A stretch of 46,364 nt of DNA from a virus (lineage: Duplodnaviria; Caudoviricetes). Both the position numbers and the translations under genes were made by a program. Positions 21,339-32,620 of this stretch are shown piece by piece. The notes below the pieces were generated by a model that worked only from the letters and a program-made list of their open reading frames with translations, searched no databases and was not told the origin of the DNA. How positions within the stretch are numbered: position 1 is the stretch's first letter; every line of letters starts with the position of its first letter. The DNA is taken from IMG/VR virus record IMGVR_UViG_3300020045_005878, positions 1-46,364 of that record; one strand, written 5' to 3'.

Positions 21339-21905
21339 TTATTTAGTAAGTTTATGTAATAGATTGCGAATTTGTGATTTAATCTTTGGTGATTTAAATT
21401 CTTTTACTATCAACTCAAAGTTTTCCGAGTATATTTTAGCAACCTCACTTAGAAATAAATCTCTTGATTCTTCTAGCTCACCTAGATTATCGAAAGTCCT
21501 TTCTATGGTAGATTTTTGCGAACCTAGAAAATTTTTGAATGATTTTATTTTATCTTCTATAAGTTTATTCTTCCTATCAATTTCTTTTTTTGCAAAGTAA
21601 GCATTAATAGAAACCTTATTTGTTTTTATGAAACTTTCAGAATCGTCAGAAGTAAATCAGTATTTATATCATAATTTTTGAATATAATGAATATCTCAAT
21701 TACTTTCAATATCATATCAAAGAATCATTTTTTTATTTAATGAAAATCCTGACAACTGTGTTTTAATAGCAATGTCATTATCAGATTGAAATATTTTTGC
21801 CTCTCATTTATAAATCTCACATTTCCATACTCCGTGAGCGCTCATATTATAGCGTTCTCAATTTTTATAAATCGAATAATTCCCTTTTGTTTCTGGAAGT
21901 TTCAT
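21339..21905 (-). CDS. Hypothetical protein (188 aa)
   Basis: Continuous code-25 ORF. Confidence 0.7.
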
Positions 21906-21906
21906 A

Positions 21907-22410
21907 TTATTTTACATTAGTAGATAAAATTTTCTTGTTTACTATATTATTAATAACGTCCCTAATCTCCTCCATCTTATTTTCTGTGGACGAAATTTTC
22001 CCATTAAGTATGCCAACCTCTCTATTAAGAGTTGTAACTTGATTAGTCTTTAATGCAACTCCACTCGCAAATGAAACCCTATTTGCTTCCAGTGAACGGA
22101 GTGTGTCGGTTGCTTGAATAAGTTGTTGGTCTAACTTTGGTACTGGAGTACGGAATGATAGTCCAATAATAAATACAAGAACAACTACAGCGACAATTCC
22201 CGCAATCTTTGCAATCTTTTGAAAGTTAAAATTAAACTCATAAGAACTTTCTTCCATCTCTTCTTCAACTTCCATATCGCTTGGAACTTCATTCCGCATC
22301 TTCTGCTTAATAGAGTTATTAAATAGTCGTCCTACATTATCGGCAAGCTCTTGTGAGCGGTCGTCCATAGGAATTTGTCTTACTAGAATATCTTTCTTTG
22401 TTGTACTCAT
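21907..22410 (-). CDS. Single-pass membrane protein with C-terminal coiled coil (167 aa)
   Basis: Track ORF; TM IAGIVAVVVLVFIIGL followed by heptads. Confidence 0.75.
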   Translation of the reverse strand: MSTTKKDILVRQIPMDDRSQELADNVGRLFNNSIKQKMRNEVPSDMEVEEEMEESSYEFNFNFQKIAKIAGIVAVVVLVFIIGLSFRTPVPKLDQQLIQATDTLRSLEANRVSFASGVALKTNQVTTLNREVGILNGKISSTENKMEEIRDVINNIVNKKILSTNVK

Positions 22411-22511
22411 AAACTTTAATTAGTTATTATTAAATAGATTTAGATATAACTATACAAATTATTACAAGTATAGATATATAAATAATTACAAACTTCATAA
22501 ACTCAATTAGA

Positions 22512-22808
22512 TTAATTATTATAGAATGCAGAATTATAATCCTCCTGAATAAGGTTTCCCCTCAGATAATTAAGATATAGAATCTCTTTATAGGACTTTC
22601 CTCGTGCTTTCGATAATTTCTCAATCTCCTCCTCTCTCTTTTCGATATCTTTTATATATTTTTTTGGTGGCGAATTTGTATATCTTCCACAAAAATAACT
22701 TACTTCACTTGTTTTTATTCATAGTCTATATGCAATGTTTTCAATACTTTCGCCCATAGAATATAACTCTCTAATCTCGTGAGCATTTCAGCTTGTCATT
22801 CCAGTCAT
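22512..22808 (-). CDS. Putative HTH DNA-binding protein (98 aa)
   Basis: IRELYSMGESIENIAYRLGIKTSEVSY helix-turn-helix pattern. Confidence 0.65.
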
Positions 22809-22815
22809 TATATTT

Positions 22816-23715
22816 TTACGTTACAAAATAAGAGTTCCAACACTCGGTACAAACCTTACTACCATATCAATCGCTTTTCAATTCAGTTACCGTGCAGTGG
22901 CAGTAGTCACAAGTCCTATTGTTTAATAGAGCATCTCGTCTAGCGTTCTGAGACTCAAATGGTTTATTCTTTCCAAATTCAAGGTCATCCAATGCTTTTT
23001 TATATTCCTTATCATACAAACTCTCTTCCCTATCTATCTTTGTTTGTAATTCCTCATAATACGCATCTTGTGAGTATTGTTGGATAGAAGGTGGTAGAGA
23101 TAGTGGTCGGTAATTATTGAAACTCTTGTATCAGGAATTAGAATACCAAATTCCCGTCTTCTCTTTAATTCCACAATGGCGATTTATGAATGTGAATTTT
23201 GCCGTACCATCTAGTATTGCAATCTTACTTCAATATATAAAGTTCTCTAGAAGTTCTTGGACTGCATCGTCTTCCATATTCTCTCGTATAGCTTTTGACG
23301 CAAGAATATCTCTAACAAATACCATTGTGTCTGAGAAGTCGGTATGAAGGTCAGCTCATACATTAGATATGATTCCGTTATGACCAACCACACTTCTAGC
23401 CTTACCTTCTGTCTTTAGAATATCGTGAGGAGAGGAAGATAGTACAAATGGGTGGACGTTCTGTAGTTTGACGCTTCCGTGAGTAGCCCAACGGAAATGA
23501 TACATCATTGCATAATCCTTTTCCTTTCCAGTAAACTCCGCCGTCTTACAGAACTTCTTAAAGTCGCTATACTCTAGAAACTTTTTGAATGATACAAACC
23601 CATCTCCCTTTGTCCACGCAACACCAACTCCATCGCTATTTGCATTCCACCCGTTCATTAGATGGTCGGATGGAACTTTATGTATTCCTTTTTCTTTTAC
23701 TATAAGTAGACACAT
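22816..23715 (-). CDS. Class II (Ntn) glutamine amidotransferase with C-terminal CxxC-CxxC zinc finger (299 aa)
   Basis: N-terminal MC, NSDGVG, HFRWATHG, NVHPF, HNGII, SDT, WYSN; CDYC...CTEC at the C-terminus. Confidence 0.9.
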
Positions 23716-23730
23716 AGATATATTTAGTTA

Positions 23731-24912
23731 TTAGTTATTAATATTTTGTTCAATCTCTTTACAATCTATCTCTACTCAACCAACAATACTATTCGATACA
23801 AGTAGTTTGAATAGGTTTGGATACTCATTTTCACGAGCAACGGCGAACTCAACGAACTTGTCAAATGAAACTCAATTCCAATATCGTCCTTCTGTTAGAC
23901 GAAGATAGTTTAGTAAGCACATTGTAAATTCAATTCTCCCCAATATTTTCCATACAATGGAAGACGATTTGAATATACGAATCTCAATCGTATGTTCATT
24001 TTCTAGATTCAAACTCACATACCTATCTCCATTCTCTTTCTTACAATCTTTGAAATTTTTCTTCATACAATTATCTTTTGGTTGCGCCCATCTTTCTGAA
24101 TCTCGACCCGCTATTTTCTTAATCTCTTTTCGCCATTCTGGATTATTAAGAAAGAAATAGAGTTTACAAATTAGCTCTTCTTTTAGAGAAGCACGAGATA
24201 TATGGATATGGAGTCAAGTTCAGCTACTTACCGTATCATAAGAGTTTACTTCTGACGGAATCATACGAATAAAGTCTGCTATTTTCTTCTTACCTCTTGC
24301 GTGGTAATATAGTTCTGAGAAAGGTTGCGAGATTGTTTCAATCCCATCATCCAAACTTCCATCTCGTTCATAATGAAAGAAGTCTTGATTTCTCCTCATC
24401 CATTCTTTAATATCCTCATCGTCATTAATACTATTATGCTCAATCTCAATACCAAAGAAGTCTGTGCGTTTTAGTGGTTCTTTTTCTCGTCGATGGAATA
24501 TGAGTGGAACTTTTGTATGATATCATTTTACAATATCTCCATCATCACTTTCTGATATTTGTTTCTTACCTTCTTTTGAAACCTCAACAAACCCATCTAT
24601 TACCTCTTCTAGTCTTATTACTTTGTATCTTCAAGTAAATATAGTAATATTTTCATAGTAGTATTTACTTGCAAAACACCAACCATGCTTAAATCCATCA
24701 GTAGTTTCTGGTTTATTTCTTAGTTCTCAACCGTTTAGGGTAGAATTATTATGATAGAGGTATATTCGCATAACTCAATCAAATGATTCTCAGGCAACCA
24801 AAATTCCTTTGCAAACTTCATTACCTCATTTAATTATGAAGTTTACTTTCTTATTGTTTATTTCTTCAAACTTACTTGAATCTAGCAAGTCAATATTATT
24901 TATTGTATTCAT
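23731..24912 (-). CDS. Putative amidoligase (COOH-NH2 ligase type 2, 393 aa)
   Basis: FFGIEIE, ERDGSL..GIETIS.P, TGLHIHISR, RYVSLN, TIEIRIF motifs. Confidence 0.88.
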
Positions 24913-24921
24913 AGAATTATT

Positions 24922-25137
24922 TTATAAATTAAAAGTAGTATAGGAATATTTGTCGCGTAAAACAACCCAAAATTGGGCTCATTCAAAAGTATCGTGGAAA
25001 TTCAAATTGTTTATCATATAATATACAGTGGGATATCTATTATTGATAGAGATATATTGTCTTTTAAATTCTTTTATGTATGATTGTTTATCTTCTTCTG
25101 ATAGAAGAGATAATAATTGCTCTATTGAAAATTCCAT
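24922..25137 (-). CDS. Hypothetical early protein (71 aa)
   Basis: Code-25 ORF with TFEGAQFW motif. Confidence 0.6.
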
Positions 25138-25141
25138 AAAA

Positions 25142-25390
25142 TTAAAATTTACTATATAAAAATTTTAACATTTCTCTATGAGAATATGAGTCTTCATTAC
25201 AGAAAAGTTTTTCTATTAAGGCTTTAGGTCAACTGTATCCATTATTTATTCCGATAATTTCTATGTTATCAAAATAAATATTCTTAAACTCATTTCTATG
25301 ACTAGTAGACCTTTTGTCTTTCATAATAATCAAGTACAAATAGTCAGCAGATTTTATTTTTGGCTCTCTTATTATTTCGGTTGTACTCAT
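25142..25390 (-). CDS. Hypothetical early protein (82 aa)
   Basis: Code-25 ORF overlapping track ORF 25229-25417. Confidence 0.6.
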
Positions 25391-25417
25391 AAAAATAAAA
25401 TAAATAAATAAACTCAA

Positions 25418-25558
25418 TTATACTCTTGCAACTAAACTTATAATATCTTTACTCAATATCTTTTTTGCCTCAACAAGGGCAGATATAGAGTCGAACGCCG
25501 AGATTGTAGCTTGATTATTGAAACTATCTCGTGCTATGAAGAATTTTAATCAATTCAT
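25418..25558 (-). CDS. Hypothetical early protein (46 aa)
   Basis: Code-25 ORF. Confidence 0.5.
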
Positions 25559-25606
25559 AATCTTTAATTTAACGATAAAATAATCTAAACTAAAATTTAA
25601 TTATTA

Positions 25607-25864
25607 CTAATACATAGACAAATGATTTTTGAATCTATTGTTGTCTTCTTTTATTTGTTCAGCTGTTTCAAATAATCTATCTTGATTTCTCCATATCCTC
25701 TCATCATCTTCCTGTCATACTTCACAAGTTAGATAGAGCTTTTCTACTTTATTAAAAACGTTGATAAATTCTTTTATTTTCAATACTTTTAACATAGTAG
25801 GAGTATCTCTCTTCTCAAATATTATTTGTCATAAGACAAAATTCTCTTTTCTATAGTGACCCAT
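25607..25864 (-). CDS. Hypothetical early protein (85 aa)
   Basis: Code-25 ORF. Confidence 0.6.
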
Positions 25865-25883
25865 AAGTATAAAAAATTAATAA

Positions 25884-26105
25884 TTAAAATTTAGTTCCAA
25901 ACTCATCTTCATAAGCTTTTTTGTATTTGTCAAGTGGAACTTTAACTTTACGACCATTATAAAATATAAAGTAATAATCCAGATAACTTAGCTTGTCAAT
26001 ATTCTTTGTAGTCCATTCCTTTCGTTGTTCTTTCGTCATAGGCAAAGATAGGACTTTTCCCCATCAGTCAACCACTTGCTCTAGTCTTTGAGATTTATTT
26101 GACAT
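25884..26105 (-). CDS. Hypothetical early protein (73 aa)
   Basis: Code-25 ORF. Confidence 0.6.
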
Positions 26106-26128
26106 AAAATGAAATAATAAATATAAAA

Positions 26129-26335
26129 TTAACCTCACATAATAACCATCAATATAGCCGAACAAGCTACAATAATAAAACCACATATTATAATTATTAC
26201 AAATGGTTTTATAAGTTCATTGTAAATTTCTTTATCAATCTTATTTCTTATTTCATCTAATTGTTCTTTTGTCAATCCTAGTCCTCAACTACAAATTTGT
26301 CTACTCTTAAATATAGGAATAAATATCGGGAACAT
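26129..26335 (-). CDS. Small early membrane protein (68 aa)
   Basis: Code-25 ORF with C-terminal TM helix. Confidence 0.55.
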
Positions 26336-26365
26336 AATAGTAATATTAATAAAAATAAAATAGTA

Positions 26366-26500
26366 TTATCATATACAATAGCTAATTTCTTTATATTCTG
26401 GGTATAAGTTTAGATAATTATTGTACTCTTCATACGATAAAATCACAATTTGTCAAGCTATATTGTAGGCATATCGAATTGTTTTTGTATTTGTTGTCAT
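26366..26500 (-). CDS. Hypothetical early protein (44 aa)
   Basis: Code-25 ORF. Confidence 0.5.
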
Positions 26501-26526
26501 ATAGACAATGAGTTATAAAATAAAAA

Positions 26527-26694
26527 TTATATATTTGTATTAATAGTCGGTTTTAGTTTTCTTAAAAAAACACTAGAATCTAGTATATATCTTTCGATAA
26601 TTATTTGTCAAGATTCTTTACTTTTTGTACAAATAAAACCTTTATTATCAATATATAACGGTAATAATCAATCTCTTCTTTTTGTATTTTTCAT
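26527..26694 (-). CDS. Hypothetical early protein (55 aa)
   Basis: Code-25 ORF. Confidence 0.5.
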
Positions 26695-26961
26695 ATAGAA
26701 AATTATTATAAAATAAATAATCCTATTATCAAATATATTCAATAGGAAAGAGCAAGATAAATATTATCGTTCCAATCCATAATTAACTGGAATCACAAAT
26801 ATTTATCCTACTCTATCCCATAGAGATAGATACGACTCTATGCCGTAAATTCTAGTTACTCGCTCACTTGGTCTTTCACTAGGTTGGAAACTTACTTAAG
26901 AAGTAATACAAATAATTAATTATATTGCTTTCTACTTTACAAAGTAAAGTCTTTTCTATCC

Positions 26962-27279
26962 TTAGATAGAAATCCATCCACCGTCCCATCCAACTCAATT
27001 CAAATATACTTGACCCTTGCGAGTTTGTATATGTACTCAAGGAATTGCATTCAATCTATCTTTAGTCGTCACCGTATTCCATCCAGCGAGAGATACCTTA
27101 ACCAGTCCTTGTGATTCAACTTTTATACAATTATTGAATGAATACTTTTTTGCAATCAAATTTCAATACAAGTATAGTCAAGTAAAATCCTCGTGTACTA
27201 TTATTTCTGTATTTACTCTCTTGAATTTCTTATGCGATAGAAGAGATTTTACCGCGTCCTCTGATATAATTTTGCTCAT
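26962..27279 (-). CDS. Conserved-looking phage early protein (105 aa), first gene of the leftward arm
   Basis: LYGNLIA...AGWNTVTTKDRLNAIPGV...YLNGVGWDGGWI. Confidence 0.75.
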
Positions 27280-27503
27280 ATAATAGAAAGATAAATAATA
27301 AATGGAAGAGAATTTGTATCCTTTAGGGATTGTATTCTCTATATATTGCCTATAATAGAGGAAAGAATCGCAAGATTTTAATATACGTTTATAGTATACA
27401 AGGTATCGGCTATATCTTTCTTGTTATATTGCGGGATGTAAATGAGCAGGAACTTTTGGAATTATCCAAAATGAGTTTTGCTTTGTGCTTAACTCGTAAA
27501 TCT

Positions 27504-27531
27504 ATTGTATCTATTACTTGTCGAAAGTCAA
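27504..27531 (-). promoter_or_regulatory. Leftward early promoter TTGACT-N16-TACAAT
   Basis: Hexamers at 27531-27526 and 27509-27504. Confidence 0.5.
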
Positions 27532-27901
27532 AACTTTTTTATACTTTCTTTTTACTTATAATCGCTTTACTTTCTAAAGTAACTTTACTTTGTATACTAA
27601 CTTGTCTTGTTGTCCTATAATATAAAGGTAATTCTTGGTAGTTTCCCTTAGTCATATACTATATATTTTCAACCCGATACTTCCGATTGCTCGTTTTCTC
27701 TTGTCGACTCGTTAATATTATTTATTTCTCTCTGAATGTCAAAAGATTTTTACAAAGAAAGCATAAGAAGGCTCTATTAGAGCCAATACTTACGATACTA
27801 TTGTATAAATTATATATACAAGATGTATGATTATGAGATAATCGGCGAAATACTCATATACATATACTCTCTATCTTGCGTATTACTTTATATAGTACAC
27901 T

Positions 27902-27944
27902 AACTTTCTTTTGTAAAGCGATTTATAAAGAGAGGAGTTTTTTT
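27902..27944 (+). terminator. Possible intrinsic terminator in the control region
   Basis: Imperfect stem TTTTGTAAA-GCGA-TTTATAAAG followed by a T7 run. Confidence 0.4.
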
Positions 27945-28255
27945 GTGGGAAGGAAATAGGGAATAATTGAGATGGGCGAGCGTGCGGATATTGTGACGGG
28001 GGGGTATGGGTATGTGCGTGCGTAGATGAACGGGCGGACGTATGATAAATTGCCTAGCATTAGCACATTAGCATTCGCATATTCGCAAATTCACATTGGG
28101 CTTACCATTCCAAATTAGTATATTATTAGATTTCTTCACATAATCTTCACATAACTTTATGTTATTCACATAAGAAGGTGTATACTTTGCGGCTCCACTG
28201 CGTTCCGCCGTAACATAATAAACAAGTATTGTCAAGACTAAATTCGCACACCCTA

Positions 28256-28282
28256 TTGACATTTAATATTTATCTATATAAT
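28256..28282 (+). promoter_or_regulatory. Promoter TTGACA-N15-TATAAT
   Basis: Perfect hexamers at 28256-28261 and 28277-28282. Confidence 0.75.
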
Positions 28283-28694
28283 AAGAATTATACAACAAGA
28301 CATTCTCGTTAAATGCAAAGCAATCGAAGGTAGTAGACGTAAGTCTCCCTAACGATACGTACTCTGGAGAGAGTATGGAGTGGTAATGGCTAATACTTGA
28401 TTTAGAATTATTATTCTTTTTCTTTGGGGGGTTTCTTTTTCTACTAGTTAAATAAACTACCAAATAAATATAATTAAAGTAAAAAAATATTATCTCTAGA
28501 CTTCGAGAGAATCGAGAATGTCTAGCTAGACTCAATTCGAGTGAAGACGAGAATTAGGCTAGTAAGATTGCCGCCTTGCAACGAAGTTGCTAATGAGTAT
28601 GTATTTCTATTACTATTAACATCTAACTCATACTTCGTTATCTATTAATAGTAATAGGTAAATCTAACGATTTACTTGTATAATTTACTACCTA

Positions 28695-28721
28695 TTGACT
28701 TTTATTATATTTATGTATACT
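28695..28721 (+). promoter_or_regulatory. Promoter TTGACT-N15-TATACT upstream of terL
   Basis: Hexamers at 28695-28700 and 28716-28721. Confidence 0.65.
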
Positions 28722-28752
28722 TATATGTATATATTGCTTTATTTGCCTATTT

Positions 28753-30438
28753 ATGAAAGAAGAGGAAGAAGAGATAAACGAAAGTTGAGTAGAGCCGATA
28801 GGCGTTAGACGAGTTAGTAGTCCGCGCGGGGCTACGCGTAGGTTGACTATTGATTGAGTTCCAAGTAAGAGAAAAGGTAAGACTCCTTGACGAAAGAAGG
28901 TAAGTGAGAAGACTAGGCTTAGTAGGAGTATTGTTAAGAAGCCTAAAGTAGTAGAAGAACTACCAAAAGAGTTTCAAGAGATTGAGCTTCTATCTAATGA
29001 GGAACGTAGGCAAGAGTTAGTTGCTCTCGCCGATTTACTTGAGAAGAGGAAGAAGTATTATGGTATAGTTGATACGGTACTAGGTATAACAAAGCAACAA
29101 GAGGTTATAGAGTTGCTAAAGAGAGTTGAGGATAGATATAAATGGTATTTGTATTATGGTTGAAATGGTAGCGGTAAAACCTTTCTATGAGCCTATGTGA
29201 CCGTTTGTCTTGCATTAGGTAGAGATACTCGCCATTACAATTTGCCGTATCTTGGTGAGAAGAAGAATATATGGGTAGTTACTAAGAGCTGAAGTAATAT
29301 CCAATCAACCATAGACCCTTATTTGCTTTGAGAGTTTAGTAAGACTAGAATACCTCCTGAGATGATAGATGGGAATCCTCATCGAGATAATAAGATATTG
29401 AAATGAGTTAAGTTAAAGAACGGATGCCAAATAAAGATAATGACGTATGACCAAGAAGGCGAGGGACTCCAATGAGGTAACCCAGACTTCGTTTGGCTAG
29501 ATGAGGAGCCGAGAAAGCACGATGTGTGGATGGAGTTATTTGCTCGTACTCGTGTGAAGGGGAGTGAGATGTTGATTACGATGACTCCACTTGCTTGAAA
29601 GACTCCTGTGTATGAGTTTTTCTTTAATGAAGAGGCTAGTGAGATTGATACTGCGAAAGTTGTGATAAAGGTTAGCGCTAAGGAGAATCCATATACCGAC
29701 CATCGGCTATTCTCTTGATATTCAAATGAAGAGTATCTTCGCCGTGTTGAAGGTAGCTTTGCTCCTCCAAGCTGATTGGTATACTCGGAATTCAATCCTT
29801 CTGTCCACGTAATTCGTCATCTAGACCCAACTAACAATAACTTCCCAGATACTGAGTTCAAGTATTATCGTTCTATAGACTTTGGTACTTCCCATCCAAT
29901 GGCTGCGATATTCGCCGCTGTTGATTGAGATGATAATATATATATATTTGATGAAATATATATGAAGAATACACTATTATCTGATTTTGCTGAAATATTC
30001 CACGAAAAAAGTAAATGATATGATTTTGAATATACAACTAGGGATACGGCTGGTGCTCGTGAATGATTAGAACTTCAAGCACTTTGAATTAGAACTATAA
30101 GAGCTAATAAACATTCAAGAGGTCTAGATGGTAATGATATGAGTAATCGCCGAGCCTGAATAATGAAGGTTAATAACCTTTTATTTAAAAGAAAGATATT
30201 TGTATCTGATAGATGCAAGAATATAATATCTGAGTTCTCCAATCATTTCTATAAGGAAGGTGGGAAGAGGGATGGTGAAGTTGAGAAGGTTAATGATGAT
30301 GCACTTGATGCGCTTCGTTATCTTATATTCTCTTATTCCTCTCCTAAGTCTAAAACATATAAAGAATCAAAGTATATTAAAAAATACAAAGAATCCCATA
30401 GAAAAGAAATAATAGAAGCTTATAAATCTAACCTATAA
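28753..30438 (+). CDS. terL: Terminase large subunit (561 aa)
   Basis: Walker A YGGNGSGKT, Walker B FVWLDEE, ITMTP, nuclease SIDFGTSHP and NDDALDALRY. Confidence 0.95.
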
Positions 30439-30441
30439 CTT

Positions 30442-32298
30442 ATGGCAAAAGCATCAGATAATAAATTAAAGGAAGAAGAGTTTGACCTAGATACGCTCCC
30501 TTGACAAATTCATCAAAGATTGTGGTATATGATGAGCCTAAAACAGCATAGATATTGGAAGTATCTTCAAATTCGTAATGAGTACAAACAACTAAAGTCA
30601 GCTAGTCGTGATAATGATGATAGTAATTATGGTATGAATACTTGATTTGCTTTAGTTAATACAAAGGCTTCTGAGATTCTTGAGAACTTTCCAGAATGGA
30701 GCTTTTTGCCGCTAGACGATGATGCACGTGCTAATATTAAAGCTAAGAAACTTCTTTGGTCTCATCTATGGCTTACAAGTCGTACTGATGATGCAGTTGC
30801 AAAGATTGTATTCGATGCTATGAAGTACGGGACAGGTTGGGGTATGGAGTATATTCGTACCGAGTGAAGGGAAATAAATATTCCTTCTATGGTAGATGGA
30901 AAGATAACTTACAAGAAAGAACTTGTAAAGGATTATGATGATGTATACCTTGAACATATACCTTGGGAGAATGTATATGTGAATAATACAACACTTGAAC
31001 TATCCACAGAAGCTATTATAATTCGCCATTGGGAACGAGACGAGTTTATAGCTAAATTCTCTGTTAACCCTCTATTTAGTTGAGTTAGTGAGAAGAATAT
31101 CCCACTTGGTAAACGATATTATAATCTTGCACAATCTGACCTTGTTGATGAGAAGAATTATACTATAGTATTTAATCCTTCTAGTGTTCCTCGTGAGCTT
31201 AGTAAGATAGTTTCTGTTATATCGTATTATAATAAATCAAGAGACCAATATATAGTTATAGCAAATGGAATATGGATAAACCCACTTCCAAATGATGAGA
31301 AAATGCCAATTCCATTTACTCATAAACAAATACCTCTAGTTAATTTTACTGACCATTATATAGAAGATGATGTTTATGGTATGGGTGAGTTCGACATCAC
31401 AGAATGAAGTCGAGCATTAAAGAACTCAGTTCGTTCTCTTGGCATTGAGGTTATTAAGGCTCAATTCTGATTTACTACTATATCTCCTACTGCGGATTTT
31501 GATGAAGCTAGTCTACAAATTGGACTTAGAAGTTTCGCGCGTGTGGATAAAGAAGATATTGGTTTTTATGCACCAAATATAAATGGGGCAAGTCTGAAAG
31601 ATATGGAGCAGAAGATTGATGAGGATATTATTATAGAGACTTGAGTAGACTTCAAGTCACAACTTGTTTCACATAAAACAACTGCAACTCAAGCTTGAGA
31701 GAAGACAAAGAGCGCACAACGCCGTATTAACCTTTGTTTGAAGATTAATGCTTATAATTTCTTTGAGCGTCTTGGTCGTCTTCGTATGAGTAATATAGAG
31801 TTCTATTATGATGGTAAGCCTCTTGAGATTTCTGTTAAGGGTATGAATATTAGTCCAGAAGGTAATGTAGAAGCTATTAATGGAGGTTATGGAACATTCC
31901 TACTAAAACCAGAATTTCAAAAGGGTAAGACTATGATTATACCTATGGTTGAAAGTTTGATTAATGATAGTAGTGAAAGAGATAAGGCTAATTATATTGA
32001 CTTTGTTCAATTTGTTGCTAATATGAAGGATGCTCAAGGTGCTCCTGTGGTAGACCCACGAGCTCTTATAGAAGCTTGAAGAGGTATTATGGATAAGTCA
32101 GTTGATATTGATAAGTTGTTAGAAAATAAACCAACAGCGAAATCGCCAGATAAAGTACTTCAAGAAGCTTGATTAAATGATAATGCTTCTGTTCAACCTT
32201 GAGAGAATCCACAAGAACAATTAGGAGGATTCGTACCACCAGAACAACGAAGTGGAGCTCCTGTGATAATGCCGTCTAGACCTAACTCAATTCAATAA
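30442..32298 (+). CDS. Portal protein (618 aa, P22/podovirus-like)
   Basis: Follows terL; DAMKYGTGW, DDVYGMG, KTTAT motifs; includes track ORFs 30889-31083 and 31738-32079. Confidence 0.85.
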
Positions 32299-32552
32299 TG
32301 GAAACAATTAAACTATTAAGATTCGTATACGCATATACCCGTTCTTTTATCTTCTTATCTCTTTCGAGGGATGAGAAGTTGAGGATTGGTAACTATGATG
32401 AGGTACTTGAAAAGAAGATATTTGATATTCTTATGCAAGAAGTTGCAAATGATATAATTGATTGAAAGATAACAAGAGAATTTGCTAATTGATTTAAAAC
32501 TTGATTAGCTACGCGTATATGATTAACTCGTCAATATAAGAATATGAAATAG
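32298..32552 (+). CDS. Hypothetical protein after portal (84 aa)
   Basis: TAATG-coupled code-25 ORF. Confidence 0.65.
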
Positions 32553-32559
32553 GGGGGTA

Positions 32560-32587
32560 TTGACATTTAATATTTTTCATATATACT
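32560..32587 (+). promoter_or_regulatory. Promoter TTGACA-N16-TATACT for the scaffold-capsid operon
   Basis: Hexamers at 32560-32565 and 32582-32587. Confidence 0.65.
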
Positions 32588-32620
32588 CACTGTACTTATA
32601 TTAATTAACTATTACTAGTT

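Noticed and set aside
8265-23347. Plus-strand track ORFs across the early arm
   Set aside because: They lie antisense to well-supported minus-strand code-25 genes and have no recognisable motifs.
27280-28750. CRISPR mini-array in the long non-coding region
   Set aside because: Only 7-9 bp repeats with irregular spacing were found; no 25-40 bp repeats with spacers.
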